Assembly: GCA_030141605.1 (NCBI GenBank)
Contig: JAQGDQ010000300.1
Location: forward strand, 62,001 to 126,000
Origin: Tubiluchus corallicola
Taxonomy: Eukaryota; Animalia; Priapulida
Length of the DNA: 64,000 bases
Direction of reading: 5' to 3'
Position numbers and translations under genes: made by a program. Under the pieces are notes generated by a model that was not told the origin of the DNA, made no database searches, and saw nothing but the letters and a program-made list of their open reading frames with translations. Shown piece by piece: positions 1 through 11,860 of the stretch; the first letter of the stretch is position 1, and the number at the start of each line of letters is the position of its first letter.

Positions 1-357
1 CAGGCCAAGCAAATTTTACAATTAAAACCGCAACTAGAAACAGTTAAAAGAAGACCTCCTAAGATACCATTGGCCTACCTTCTGCGATCTCCTGCTGCTT
101 CTCAAATGATTGAGGCTGTGCAAGGCGCTAGGATTGGCGTGCGCCGTCACACAGCAAAAGCTCCACTAGCGCCACCACAGTCGCCGGCAGTATTACCGAA
201 GATAACAACGCCATTCATGGTGACGCTTGATGTTCACGCCGCTGAAAGAAGAGCGAGAAAAGTTCTGGAGGAAAAAAGAATGCCAGTGCATTTACCAAAA
301 GTTGAAATTTTTGATAGCAATACAATAAAACAACCTGCAGCCGATGATAAAACATGA
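1..357 (+). CDS. Open frame running in from the window edge; possible terminal exon of an unidentified upstream gene
   Basis: Frame 1 is stop-free from base 1 to TGA at 355-357 (QAKQILQLKPQLETVKRRPPKIPLAYLLRSP...AADDKT*). GC looks higher than the flanks, and AATAAA follows at 402-407. No recognisable domain. Confidence 0.35.
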   Translation, partial: QAKQILQLKPQLETVKRRPPKIPLAYLLRSPAASQMIEAVQGARIGVRRHTAKAPLAPPQSPAVLPKITTPFMVTLDVHAAERRARKVLEEKRMPVHLPKVEIFDSNTIKQPAADDKT

Positions 358-913
358 AATTTATGATACATGAATCCGATATAGGTGCATTTGCTAAATC
401 AAATAAAACGTAGCAAAATGATTAATTAAGTTAGACTTATAGGATAATTATGACCTGACTAAATACTAGAAGTTTAAACTGAAGATAATCAGTGTTCTAT
501 CAATAGTATAAAGTACTAATCAGTACTTTTAGTTCACCAACATTTTGGCGAACACCATACTAACACTAAATTCCCTGCTGTCTAATATACAAGCTAATTT
601 GCTATAAACGTGAGTAAATTTAGCAGACAATAAACAAACTATTATTTCTAACAAAAATCTGACATAAATCTTACAACTTATGACACTCATCAGAGGATCA
701 TGAAAGTCAAAGCGCTGACCCTTGACTGTGGAGTCACGATCACATTTTGTAGATTGAAAAATATTGATTTTTGCTGGCAGGTACGTTAGTAGGAACTGGG
801 ATTTTTTTCTGAAAAATGTGAAAACCGTCAATCTGCAATGCCAGTCTAAGTTACAACCTAGATAATAAGCCTGTCTGAAGTTTCAGTATACAGCAGCCTA
901 CCTTTCAGCTGGC

Positions 914-921
914 TATAAATA
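914..921 (+). promoter_or_regulatory. Candidate TATA box of astacin copy 1
   Basis: TATAAATA about 53 nt upstream of the ATG at 974. Supported by position only. Confidence 0.35.
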
Positions 922-973
922 CCTGTTTTCCAAGGTAGCAGGCTAGCAAAAAGTGTTAGTAAAAACTTCCGTG

Positions 974-3900
974 ATGGCCGCTTTTGTGAGAGAATTAATA
1001 ATAGCACTAGTATTGCTATCGCTGATAGGCATGATCACCATGGATCCTACACTGAATTCTGGACTCCGAGATGCCAATGGTAATCTCAAGCCTGGGATAG
1101 TAAGTGAAAATTGTCTGCTAATTAACTGCAAGTGAAATAATTAGAGTTGTAGTATTTTTAAAAGAAAACTTTATTAGAATAATATGAAAAACTTTAAAAA
1201 TTGGACAGATGTTCCCAACTACATCCTCAGTGAGTAGGCAATGAGTATCAACCAGATATAACTATCATATTTAATCTGGCTGATGTTCATTTCTCACTCT
1301 GTGAAGATGACTGCTACCACGTAGTTGAAACGTATACTTGTAATGTAGACTTGTTATGATTAATGATGTTTTCTTATAAAAACTACTGCAGTTTTCCTGT
1401 ATAAGTTGTTAAATATATAACTAATAGTATGCTGATACTTCGAGGCTATTTCAATGAATTGTCAGTAAGTTTGTTTGTCATTAAAGTCTTTTCATAAACT
1501 GCTTGTTTAGCAAGCTATAGCGCTGATTAGGCGAAATTAAACTAAACAATTTAATTAATTAAAATTACACATAATCGCTACCTATCAATATTCCTAGCTA
1601 GTAAATTTTAAAATGTGCAACGTTGAATTCTAGCAACTGGAAGTAATCACAAAAATCAACTTTGCAGGACAAGCGAAGAGGAAGAAGTGCTGTGGAGTTT
1701 GCAATCGTAGAACAACTTTTTAACGAAATACGACGCATTGCTGCACAGATACTAGATACAAACGTACGCATATCTATTTCGCTAAAAATTCTTTACATAA
1801 TCATACATGTTGAATATGAATTATAGATGTCTGGTGTTAAAAGCAGAGGGTTAAAAATGTTATGATTGTGACATAAAGTTGCAGATGTGCTATATAATGG
1901 CGGCTCTACTAATTAGCGTCAAGCAGCATCAAGAGCGTCAAGTTACGAAGTTAGCTTCAAGAATTGCATCAAACCTCAGCAGCATCAAGGAAAAGTCTTT
2001 AATAGCGCCAATGATGATATTACGAAGGTGTTAAAGCACGATGCATTTAGTATATTATACATATCGGTAATGCCACGAACATTACACAAAATCCTTGACA
2101 CTAATTAGCCTCTTGATAGAACTTTAAATCAGCTTGTTCGAAATTTCATACTTACTTAGTATTTAGTATGTAGTTCCTTAACGCTCCATAACATTGGTTT
2201 GTTAAGCCTGCTGTAGTTGACGCGGTTTAGGACTGTCCAATAGCAGTTCAATAAGTACAGGGTGTTTTTATAAATCACTTACTACTTGTCTTTTTAATTT
2301 TTTTCTGCTACTAGGGAACTAATCACCTTGTCTGCTTACAAAGTGGTTGAGAATTTTTTTGAATGAATTTACATTTGACCTTTACGTGCTGTTTTCTTTT
2401 GTTATTGTGTTGATCTACAACAGAGGTGTCAAATCGTACGGGTTACTCGCTCGCCAAATCATACACCATGAAGCATCTTTTTGTGGCGCTACATTGAAAG
2501 TAAAGTGTTCGCCACCAAATTACAAGACTTCAAAATACTAGAAGAACAGATGAGGAATGCATGTGCTTCTGTTAGTCTCGAAATGTTGTCCAATGTCTAT
2601 TACTCAATAATACGTAAAAAAGATAGCTTGGTTTATTTCAGAAAAGGGAGGTGGTCATTTTCAGGTGTACTAGTGATTTTCCAGTAGACTTATGAAGCCA
2701 AGTTTGATGCTACCAAAATTCTCCTGAAACGCAGACTCAACAATCCTCTGTAATTGCCATTTTAGCAAGCTTTTAATTAAAACAATACAAAATTTGGTAA
2801 GTTTTGATTAATGTAAACTTGTGATATATCTAGTCTCTGCAAATAGATCCCTGAAGATGATGTCTTTGAATGGGATGGGCTCACAGAAGGCGACACTGTA
2901 TTTACCGGGCAACAAATGGAACAGGTGCTGGATCAGCTAAAGAATGAAATAGAAGAAAAGTTAGGCACCTCTGTTGATACAGCTGCTGATGCTGTTGGAG
3001 GGCTTGCAAATCTTGGTAAACGAAAGAAACGGAATGCCATTGGAAACAGGAGAAAAAAATGGAGTGCACCGCGAAGTAAAATACAATATACAATGAAGAT
3101 CACAGGTAACTGTAAAAAGTGCTTATTCAAAAATTGTGGCAATAATAATGTGAAATACTTTTCTGCATTACTTTCTTGTATTATTAATTGTAATTAAAGA
3201 CACGACCAAAGTGATTAACATATTCTTGCTTTTTCAAGAGACTAGCACGATTGCCCTAATTAAGGAGGCAATAGCAGGATGGGAAGAGAAGACCTGTATC
3301 AAATTTAAAGAAACAACTTCTCCAACTCGTAACTGGCTCGAATTTTTTAAAGACGACGGGTAAGGACAGGTTTATTATGTCTTAACACTTAGACTGCTGA
3401 AAAAAGGTTCATATCATCACAATTGTAAATCATTTAGTGTGTAAAACGCCGACCTACCCATTAGCCACTTTTAAAGTAATAGCTCATTAAATAATAACAT
3501 GTTTTGCAGTTATTGGTCATACGTTGGTAAGCAAAAAAGAGGAAAACAACCGATATCCATTGGCGAAGGATGTGAAACTGTAAGTAAATTATAATGATAC
3601 AATGTCAGTGATACAATGTGGAGTTACATGACATTCTATTTTGCTCTAGCACAGGGTGCTGCTACGTTTAATGAAGAGCCCATGTGTTTGCTTTTTGACT
3701 TTTGTTTCGCATAGTCATAAACGGCCTTACTTGGACAATGTACGATAAAATTCAGCTTAACATTAAGAAATGCTCATTTTACTAAAGTGAATGTTTACAA
3801 GTTTTACTTTGAGTCAAATTTCTTAAATGCAGCTGGGCATTGTATCACACGAGATTGGCCATGCCTTAGGATTCTACCATGAGCAAGGACGAACAGATCG

Positions 3901-4191
3901 AGGAGACTTCGTCGATATCGTACCAGAAAATATTGAGACCGGAAATGAAGCCAATTTTAACAAGTATGATGATGCCTTAACGCTAGGAATACCTTACGAT
4001 GAAGACTCTGTTCTCCATTATGATGGCTGGGTAGGTTTTTTTTGGTTACCATATGGCACCACAACTGTCCCGCAACCGCATGTATCAAGGGTTGTTACTG
4101 ATGATAGTATCATGCCACTGCAGTCACCATTACTGATGATGTTGATGACGATGCCGATGATGATAATGATGATTGTTATAATGATGATGAC

Positions 4192-4223
<32 letters not shown>

Positions 4224-7200
4224 TGATGATGATGATGATGACGATGATAATGATAATGAAGACGACGATGACGATGGCGATGATGATGATGATGATGATG
4301 GTGGTGATGATGATGATGATGAGGGCGAGCTTGCTTGTTGACCAACCGCAGAGCAATCTAATGCAATAGGCTACATCTTCACATCTTTTTTGCTCCAATT
4401 TGCCTTCATGCTTGTAATACATTCGTGTTTTTCTTACTGAGTTATTTATTACAAAGTGCCAAAGTATTGATTTTTGGATTTTTTATTCTATTTTGTTAAA
4501 GTTATAGTTAAGGCAGACAAATGGTGCAGCCGAAGCTCTATACTACTCTACATTGAACATGTTATATCTCTGTGTCAGTATTTCCACTCAACAGCATCAA
4601 CACTATTAAACAGTTTTTAATTTTAGCAGTTAGTTTCATAAAATATCCTGTTAACAAGTTGGTTATTATCCATAAATTTCTCAAAATAACCACACTATTC
4701 TTATTCAACAATTTTGTACGGAAGTCAGTAAATCTTATTGTCTAGACATAAGAAATGATAGTTTAGTTGTATATTAAATTTTTGTTGTAAAAAGGATTGC
4801 CTACTTTATAGGCGTTTTCAGTAGATCGGAAGAGCTATCCCAAGTTCACAATTAAGGCAAAGAACAGAATGATGCAAGAGCGATATGGACAGAGAGAAGG
4901 CCTGTCATTCTACGACATTAAGATCGCAAATCTTCGGTACTGTTCCAGTAAGATCTGCCAAAATTTACGTTAAATTAGCTAGTTGTTAATTTTTTGCATG
5001 TGATAAGTATAAAAAGAAGAACAAATATTGTTTTGTTTCACACACATGGACAATAACAGTACTACATCAAGATGCGACAAGAAAATGCCAAATGCGAGGA
5101 CAACATACGACCATACAACAGTCCTGTAGTTAGTTAGTTAGTTTATTGACTATAATTCTACATAATTCGAGACAAATACACTATAATATTGGCTAACCAG
5201 AGAAAACTATAGTCCAAAAATACATTACCAAAATCACACAACAAGAACAACAAAGATAATATGCAATGTGCTATAGTTCAGTACAACACAATACTAAAGA
5301 TAACAAGTCTGTGAATGCTCTCTAATGATGTATTGGTAGAAACTTAATGAAACTTAATTTCAGTTTGACAAAAGACAGTGTCTTAGACTCAAAATAACGT
5401 TACTCAATCTGTAAACAACTTCAACACATCGTAACAAATTATAAACGTGTGTTCATTTTCAAACACATCAACAATATTAGAAAAATTTACGCTCTTGAAC
5501 TCCTGAAGATTTTCGGGCAAGTGGGTAAAACATGCTCTTCAGTTTGGACGGAACCACATTCACACAATCTGTTTTCCACCGGTTTTCAACTCATGTACAT
5601 GTTAACGTTATTCTAATATTAAATTTTATAATGTACGATAGTTGTGATAACAATAAACCAGAAGCCAGTTTCTAGATTTGTCGTTGTACGACTTTCAAAA
5701 ATTATGTTGCACTATGCTAGTGCTGCTCACATCCACGCTGGCTGTGCTGTATGTCAAATATAAGGTAATAATATATAGGCAGTAATATAAGATTGTAGTT
5801 TGCAGGGCGGAAGAGGTTGTTTTTTAGTGTAATATGCAAGGGAGTAATGTGCTATCCAAACTTCTTGCAAAGAATACCAATTGAATGAAACAATTTTATA
5901 GGGTCTTGTGGAGGAACAAATCTTGAAAGTGCAGACTGTCAATATGGCGGGTACAAAAATCCCAACGAGTGTACAACGTGCAACTGTCCAGAAGGATTTG
6001 CTGGGAAATTCTGTGAAATTTTGGCCGCTGGTATTGGAAGTACGTTGAGTATACAAATTACGAAAATTACGAACAAAGCAAATATTTTTGCAGACCAACA
6101 TGTATACAGGTCTACTGTAACAATAGATATCAAGATTCAAGTGTTTCGCTATTTCAGTATAATAATTTCTACTAAATGAAATAGTCATATTAGTTTTGTC
6201 AGATGCAGATCTTTAGTAGTAAGGGTTTACACAGAGAATAAGAATTGCTGCAACTAATGAAGAAAACAACGATATTCATAAACGAAATTCAATAAATGCA
6301 AATGTCGAAGAATGTCAATTGCACACAAACTTATGTACTTCTGCTAATATGAACAGAAAACAAATGGTTTTGAATTAAAGAGTACAAAATCGTTTTAAAC
6401 TAAACATATAAATTAAATCGTGTTGTCGTGTTTTAGCTAGTTTGGGTGAAAAGAGGAGTGTCTCTTGTGGCGAGACTGGAGAAATTGCCATGGAATTCCC
6501 AAAAACTGAGGGCATTTTGAAAACATTTTGGCTTTTAGAGGTAAATTTCGGAAGAAATTTGAGCGCAGGTCGGTGTTATGCGGCCTCTTTGAGAGACAAA
6601 AATCGAAAAAATGCAAAGAAATTCTGTTTTTGCTTAAATGATATTTCTAACTTAGTGTTATGTAAGTAAAATTTCTAACAATACTGAAAGTTTTAGTAAA
6701 GTCGGTACCTATTTGATTAATAATTGGTCTTTGATTTGCTTAAGGTGTGAATCATTATTTGAATCATTAAGACCATCATTATTTGTTGTCATATTTCTAC
6801 TAAATGCGTCTTTGAATGTAAGAGACACAAGAGAACAACAAGGTGTTGCAAAAACATGGAATTCTCTGGCAACTACATACTGATCTTGTATTGCTTTTTT
6901 CCTAGGCACCAGCTGATAAAACAATAACAATCACTGTAACCAAAGCTGCTACTGTCGCTGAAGATACAGAACAGTTCTGCACAGATTACCTGGAAGTAAA
7001 GCACGAAGATGTTATTAGAGCAGGACCCAGGTGAAGTTCAATTAAAGGAAAAATCAACTCTTGAGCAGCATTTATTGGAATTTAATATAAAATTAAGACG
7101 TTGAAATCACCACACAATATATGAGTGCGTAAGATACCTTGCTTAAAAATGCAAAAGAAATTTAAATCATTCTTATCTCCGCTGTGAGCATATTTGAAAA

Positions 7201-8545
7201 AATGTTATAACCTGTCATGAAGGTAATGATAGCAAAAGTTCTGCAGTTGACTTAGAACTTATACAGATCAAGCTGCTTAAATGTATGTAGCTAAACGCAA
7301 ATTCATGTTCAAGTGTCTAGTTATACCTAGTTAAATCCAAGTACAGATGCGCAAAAATTTGTCATCAGTTTTTCTAGCAGTAACTTTAAAGTACTTACAT
7401 ACCATTATTCGACAAGATTAGGCTATATCTCGAAATGCGTAAGTACACATAAACAGGCGTACAGTAGGTGCCCAGTGCGTCACTTAGCTTATACAGTTGA
7501 ACTTTAGCTTGGTATATGAATTTTTTTTACTTCGTTGGGGATAACTAGTTTAATGTTAATGTACTATTGTCATCACGAGATTATCAAAAAGCAGAGAATA
7601 ATATCAAAAATCATTCGTTTAACGTTTTGCATTGTTGTAGTAGATAATGGTAACAACCAGCTGCAAGATAGTTTGCTCAAACACCTGGCGGGATAGGAGT
7701 TAACAATGCATTGTAACAAATGGCGTCATTTTTCGTTCAAAATTATCGCGTCCAAGCGTAAACTAACCGTGGCTTTAAACTAATTTTACTAATTACACGA
7801 GGCGTTATCACATTTGTTTTGCTGAAACTTTCTAGTATTTTTTCGAAAAATCTCCACAGTGATCAAAACCATTACATTTCACCATCAAATTGGTTCCCTC
7901 TTGGTCTTTCCAAAATGTAGCTTGCTTTTTCGTCATCGCCGTTGCAGTGATGGTAGCAACAGTAACGATGTTGTTACCATTCTTGTAGTTGCAGATCATG
8001 GTATAACTGTAAATGCTAAACAAAGCGTAATTTTTTATAACTGCGCTCATGACCTTTCTGCATAAGACTATGAAACTTAGAGCCAGTGCCTATTACATAG
8101 TTTATCAAATGGGCGTATTTTGACTTATCATTCCAAATATGTTATAAGATATGTAAACGCTAAACATGATAGATTATTTATTATACAGAACTTCCACTTC
8201 AATTATTATTTCACTGACATTTGATTGTGGACGCCGCTCTAATCATGGGTATACGCCATGACCACTCAATCACGAAACTAGCATGCTATTTAACATTGTA
8301 CTACATTGTTTTCGAACGTCTGGATATCCACCAATAATCAATAATGTCCGCACTTTTCACTTAGTTTACCACTTTCAGATAGTTCAGCAAGCCAGGAAAA
8401 ACCGTTCTTTTGAATGCGCAGTCAAAGTCTGGTTAACATATAGAACAGTACTATTATAAGCACTGACTGATGATGATATCTGTGACTATTTAATGATGAT
8501 GATGTTGATGCTGCTGCTGCTGCTGATGATGATGATGACGATGAC

Positions 8546-8616
<71 letters not shown>

Positions 8617-9482
8617 CGAAGACGACAACGACGACGAAAGTAAACATTTAAAATGACACGCTTGCATCATTTCAGGTTTTGCAAAGGTCGTCCAAAAGAT
8701 TTTCCTCTTCCAGTTAGTTTAACAAGCCAAAAAAACTTGATACTTATAAAAGCAAGATTAGAATCTGGTAACGTTGCTTCATTCAAGGTGCAATACAAAG
8801 GTATGTATAAAAACTGATCTCACCAATAGATTTAACTCAAGGAGATTTCAGCCTGATTAAGAAAACAATAAATATTAGGAAGGCTACAGCACGAATGGGT
8901 TGCGTGGTTTTCTGAAAACATTGACAAGAGAAATCTAGCCAAGAGTACCAGAAATTGGTTGCTCGTAAAGACCATGAACGTACAATTGGGTCATAAATTA
9001 AAGTTCATTTTCAATCAACAGAAGCTGTAGATAGGTAATAAACTACTCTTAATAAATGCACTATAATACATAATATAATACAATTATAAAATAATTAGAG
9101 CACCATTGTACTTTATTATAATAATATACAAGAAAAATTAATTTTGCGATTGAGGTAGGAACCATTGGGAGAGGGAGGAGGCGCTAAAAGTACTTTTGTC
9201 TAGGGCGTCCTAGACTCGACCCTGAATAAAACACCGCTGTTTAATTTTATAATCTAGCTAAGTGTTTTTTTAATTTTTGTGCAGTGCTACGTACTTTTAA
9301 AAGAATGAAATAAATAAAAATATTAATAAATAAAAGTAAATGTTATATTGATCAGATCAAATCCCACACTGCCACATTAAAATGTTTGTTTCCCATGTTT
9401 TTCAGTTTATTATGAGACTAAAATAAATTTTTATTGAGCGGACAAATACAACTCATCTTTACTTACAGTGAGTGATTGCTGA
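974..9482 (+). CDS. Astacin-family (M12A) zinc metalloprotease with EGF and CUB-like domains, copy 1 (12 exons, ~503 aa)
   Basis: Exons 974-1099, 1668-1763, 2847-3105, 3239-3359, 3510-3579, 3833-4030, 4812-4947, 5902-6039, 6437-6540, 6906-7030, 8676-8800, 9469-9482; all GT-AG and in frame (1512 nt). Hydrophobic leader, propeptide TEGD, furin site RKKR|NAIG, HEIGHALGFYHE zinc motif, SVLHY turn, GQREGLSFYDI...YC, EGF CQYGGYKNPNECTTCNCPEGFAGKFC, CUB-like DYLEVK...GPRFC...FKVQY, ends VSDC*. Confidence 0.92.
2257..2751 (+). mobile_element. Degenerate Tc1/mariner-superfamily transposon remnant in intron 2 of copy 1
   Basis: Starts TA-CAGGGTG. The interior translates as ...RSPNHTP*..FLWRYIESKVFATK...LEEQMRNAC...GGHF, resembling the mariner-type C-terminal pattern SPDLTPxDFFLWGYLKSKVY...GxHFE. 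Right end degenerate. Confidence 0.6.
4131..4322. repeat. (GAT/GAC)n trinucleotide microsatellite
   Basis: Directly visible. It produces the spurious poly-Met, poly-His and poly-Ile ORF stretches. Confidence 0.95.
5128..5590 (-). mobile_element. 3' remnant of a non-LTR retrotransposon
   Basis: Minus strand reads VENRLCECGSVQTEEHVLPTCP, a CCHC zinc knuckle typical of LINE ORF2 C-termini. AATAAA and a short (CTAA)n tail follow near 5130-5148. Confidence 0.55.
8490..8637. repeat. (GAT)n/(GCT)n microsatellite
   Basis: Directly visible, ending ~40 nt upstream of the exon 11 acceptor. Confidence 0.95.
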
Positions 9483-10479
9483 ACGATTTGGAATCATCCA
9501 ATGGGAAAAGCCAAGAAATTGTATAGCAGACTATTGGTAGCAGGACACAATAAAGATCATTACGGAATTTAAATAACTCGAATAAAAATCAGGCCAAAAT
9601 TTCATTTGCATCTCATGCTCATTAAATAATTTACAACATATGATACAAAATCGAGCATTGCTTGTAATGATAACATTATTCCTGACCTTCATCTAACAGA
9701 AAAAATGACGTTAATACGGAACGAACAGAGGATGGTGACATTTTCACACCTAATTTTCTTTCTATGACTTTTGTGTGTATACTTAGAATTACATAATAAA
9801 CATCTAGTTTTTCTCTGCAGTTTACTGCTGTTTTGTAATAATATCTATCTGTAGTTTGACAACACATTCATTGCTATACCCCAGCACTAGTTAGCATTAG
9901 TTCAGTCCTGAAACTGAAGAGCAGATCTAATAATGACTTCGTTTTTGACATGGACTAATACTTCACAAATAGTTACTAATACCAAAAGTAATAATTCGGA
10001 TATCCTAACAAACGCATTTCCGGATAAAGTTCAGGTCTGAATAGCTACTGCTATTGTCACCACTATCATGTCAATGCTGTTGCATCATAATGTTCTACTT
10101 AATGTTAATACAGTTGTTATAACATTCTATTCTCATCTTCTGAGATCTCGCACATAGGTTTCAAGACGTACAAAAATGGTTTAGTCTACTTATCAGTGAA
10201 CGTTTTTACATAAGCAGTTCTAGCCTGAATCAAGGCATTATTTATATGTTTAATTAATAATTTTTCTAAATCTTAAAATTAGATTCGTCAAAATTGTCTC
10301 TCACACTTTGCAATAATAAAGAAATCCATCACTTGCCCGTTATAATAGTGGGAAAAAGCTAAAATGGCACAGTAGCGCCACTCATTTACGACACAAGTTA
10401 ACTAACAATCTCAATCAACAGCCTGCTATAGCTAGATGTAAGAATCATTTTATCAAATCACTAAATTCTCTTGTATGCT

Positions 10480-10800
10480 TCTTCAGATCGATTAAAAATA
10501 AACGTGTGATTCTCAAGCTGTTTTGGTCATTCTGCTACTCGTTCTATGGCAGCTCTATGCTTGAGTTATCAGGCAAGAGTCTTAAATCTCCAGCTATTGA
10601 ATTGTGAAATGCTTTGCATACGATTTTAGGTATTCCATATAATTCATATTCAAGTATGACTCATTGCATTTCTTTTATATTACCATTCCCTGTTTTAACT
10701 GCAAAACGTATGCAAACGTTGTACAGTCGTATAAAAGTTATGCAAGACAGTGAAATTATGAGACAAGCATAACAACAATAGGAAAGAATCGTATACTCGT
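10480..10800 (+). mobile_element. Degraded non-LTR retrotransposon ORF2 fragment
   Basis: Translates KLFWSFCYSFYGSSMLELS...NALHTILGIPYNS, resembling the post-RT region of LINE ORF2. Contains stops. Confidence 0.4.
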
Positions 10801-10829
10801 TAATTCAAGAAAGTTTAGTAGTAGTAGAG

Positions 10830-11860
10830 TCATTTACGTTTATTTAGACAATATTCAACATAAAATATTGCGCATACAATGTGACAATTTGTCAAGAAGA
10901 CTGCCACAAAAAACCTATAAGGTTGCAGACGTGGCAGCCACCGGAAAAACAGAATACTCTACAAGAGTTACAAGAGTGATACAACAGTTATCATTACGAG
11001 AGTTGTCATGCTAAGTTACATTAATGTAGTTGGCTTACATAGCAATTAGGTAGATTACATAAGTCACTACAAAAAGAGAGATAATACTCTTTTAATTCTT
11101 TAACAATGCAACTTAATCCATGATTCTTACTGTTAGACAACTTAAATTTAATATTACTGGGGAATTTATTGGTCTTATTAGCAACCGTGTATGTGAGAGA
11201 CTGTTCAGCATATTTGTGTGTTTTACAATAATGCATCTGTAACTGTTGTCTTGTAAGATAAGAGTGGACATTGAAGTTATAAACGAGTGGCAAATTTTTA
11301 TGATACATTGGTATAAACTCATTTACGTATTTATAATAATATTTCGTAATAGCAACAGAATAAACATCTTTAATCTTTAGAATTTTTAACATTCTAAATA
11401 TAGGCTCTGCATGAGCATTGTATTTAGCACAAGTCATTACTCTTACAATTTTTTGAACGACTTTTCTACTCTGTTACACTTGGATCTCCTCAAGAGTATT
11501 CAATAATTAATATGACAGCTAACAAGACAAGCATATATTTTCCGTTTGGCCGAAAAAGTTAAGAAATGCTTTAGTCTATTAATTATTCCAAGGGCATTAC
11601 AAATCTTTTTATTTAAGACATCTGTTTGAGCAGACCAAGACAAATCTTCATCGATGAATATCCCAAGAAATTTAAACGACGTAACGCGTTTAATTTCAGT
11701 ATCACTAACTTTAAGATCAAAGGCTGTTTGTTTATAGTATCCGTTTGTTTATAGTAGGAAAAATCATATACTTTGTTTTATTCATGTTTAAAGAAAGTTT
11801 GTTTTCCAATAACCATTTGTCAACTTTTTGAAGTTTAGGAGTGCTGCTAGTTTTAATGAA
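10830..11860 (-). mobile_element. 5'-truncated CR1/L2-group (Crack/Daphne-like) LINE
   Basis: Minus strand FLGIFIDEDLSW...LNKKICNALGIINRLKHFL, then ORF 11021-11437 (KYNAHAEPIFRMLKILKIKDVY...HSYLTR). The 3' UTR has a GCTGCCAC...GTGGCAG stem-loop and AATAAA. Confidence 0.8.

Noticed and set aside
4031-4422. Poly-Met extension of ORF 3827-4369 and antisense poly-His/poly-Ile ORFs
   Set aside because: The exon ends at the conserved GT donor at 4031, as in the paralogs. The rest is a (GAT)n microsatellite.
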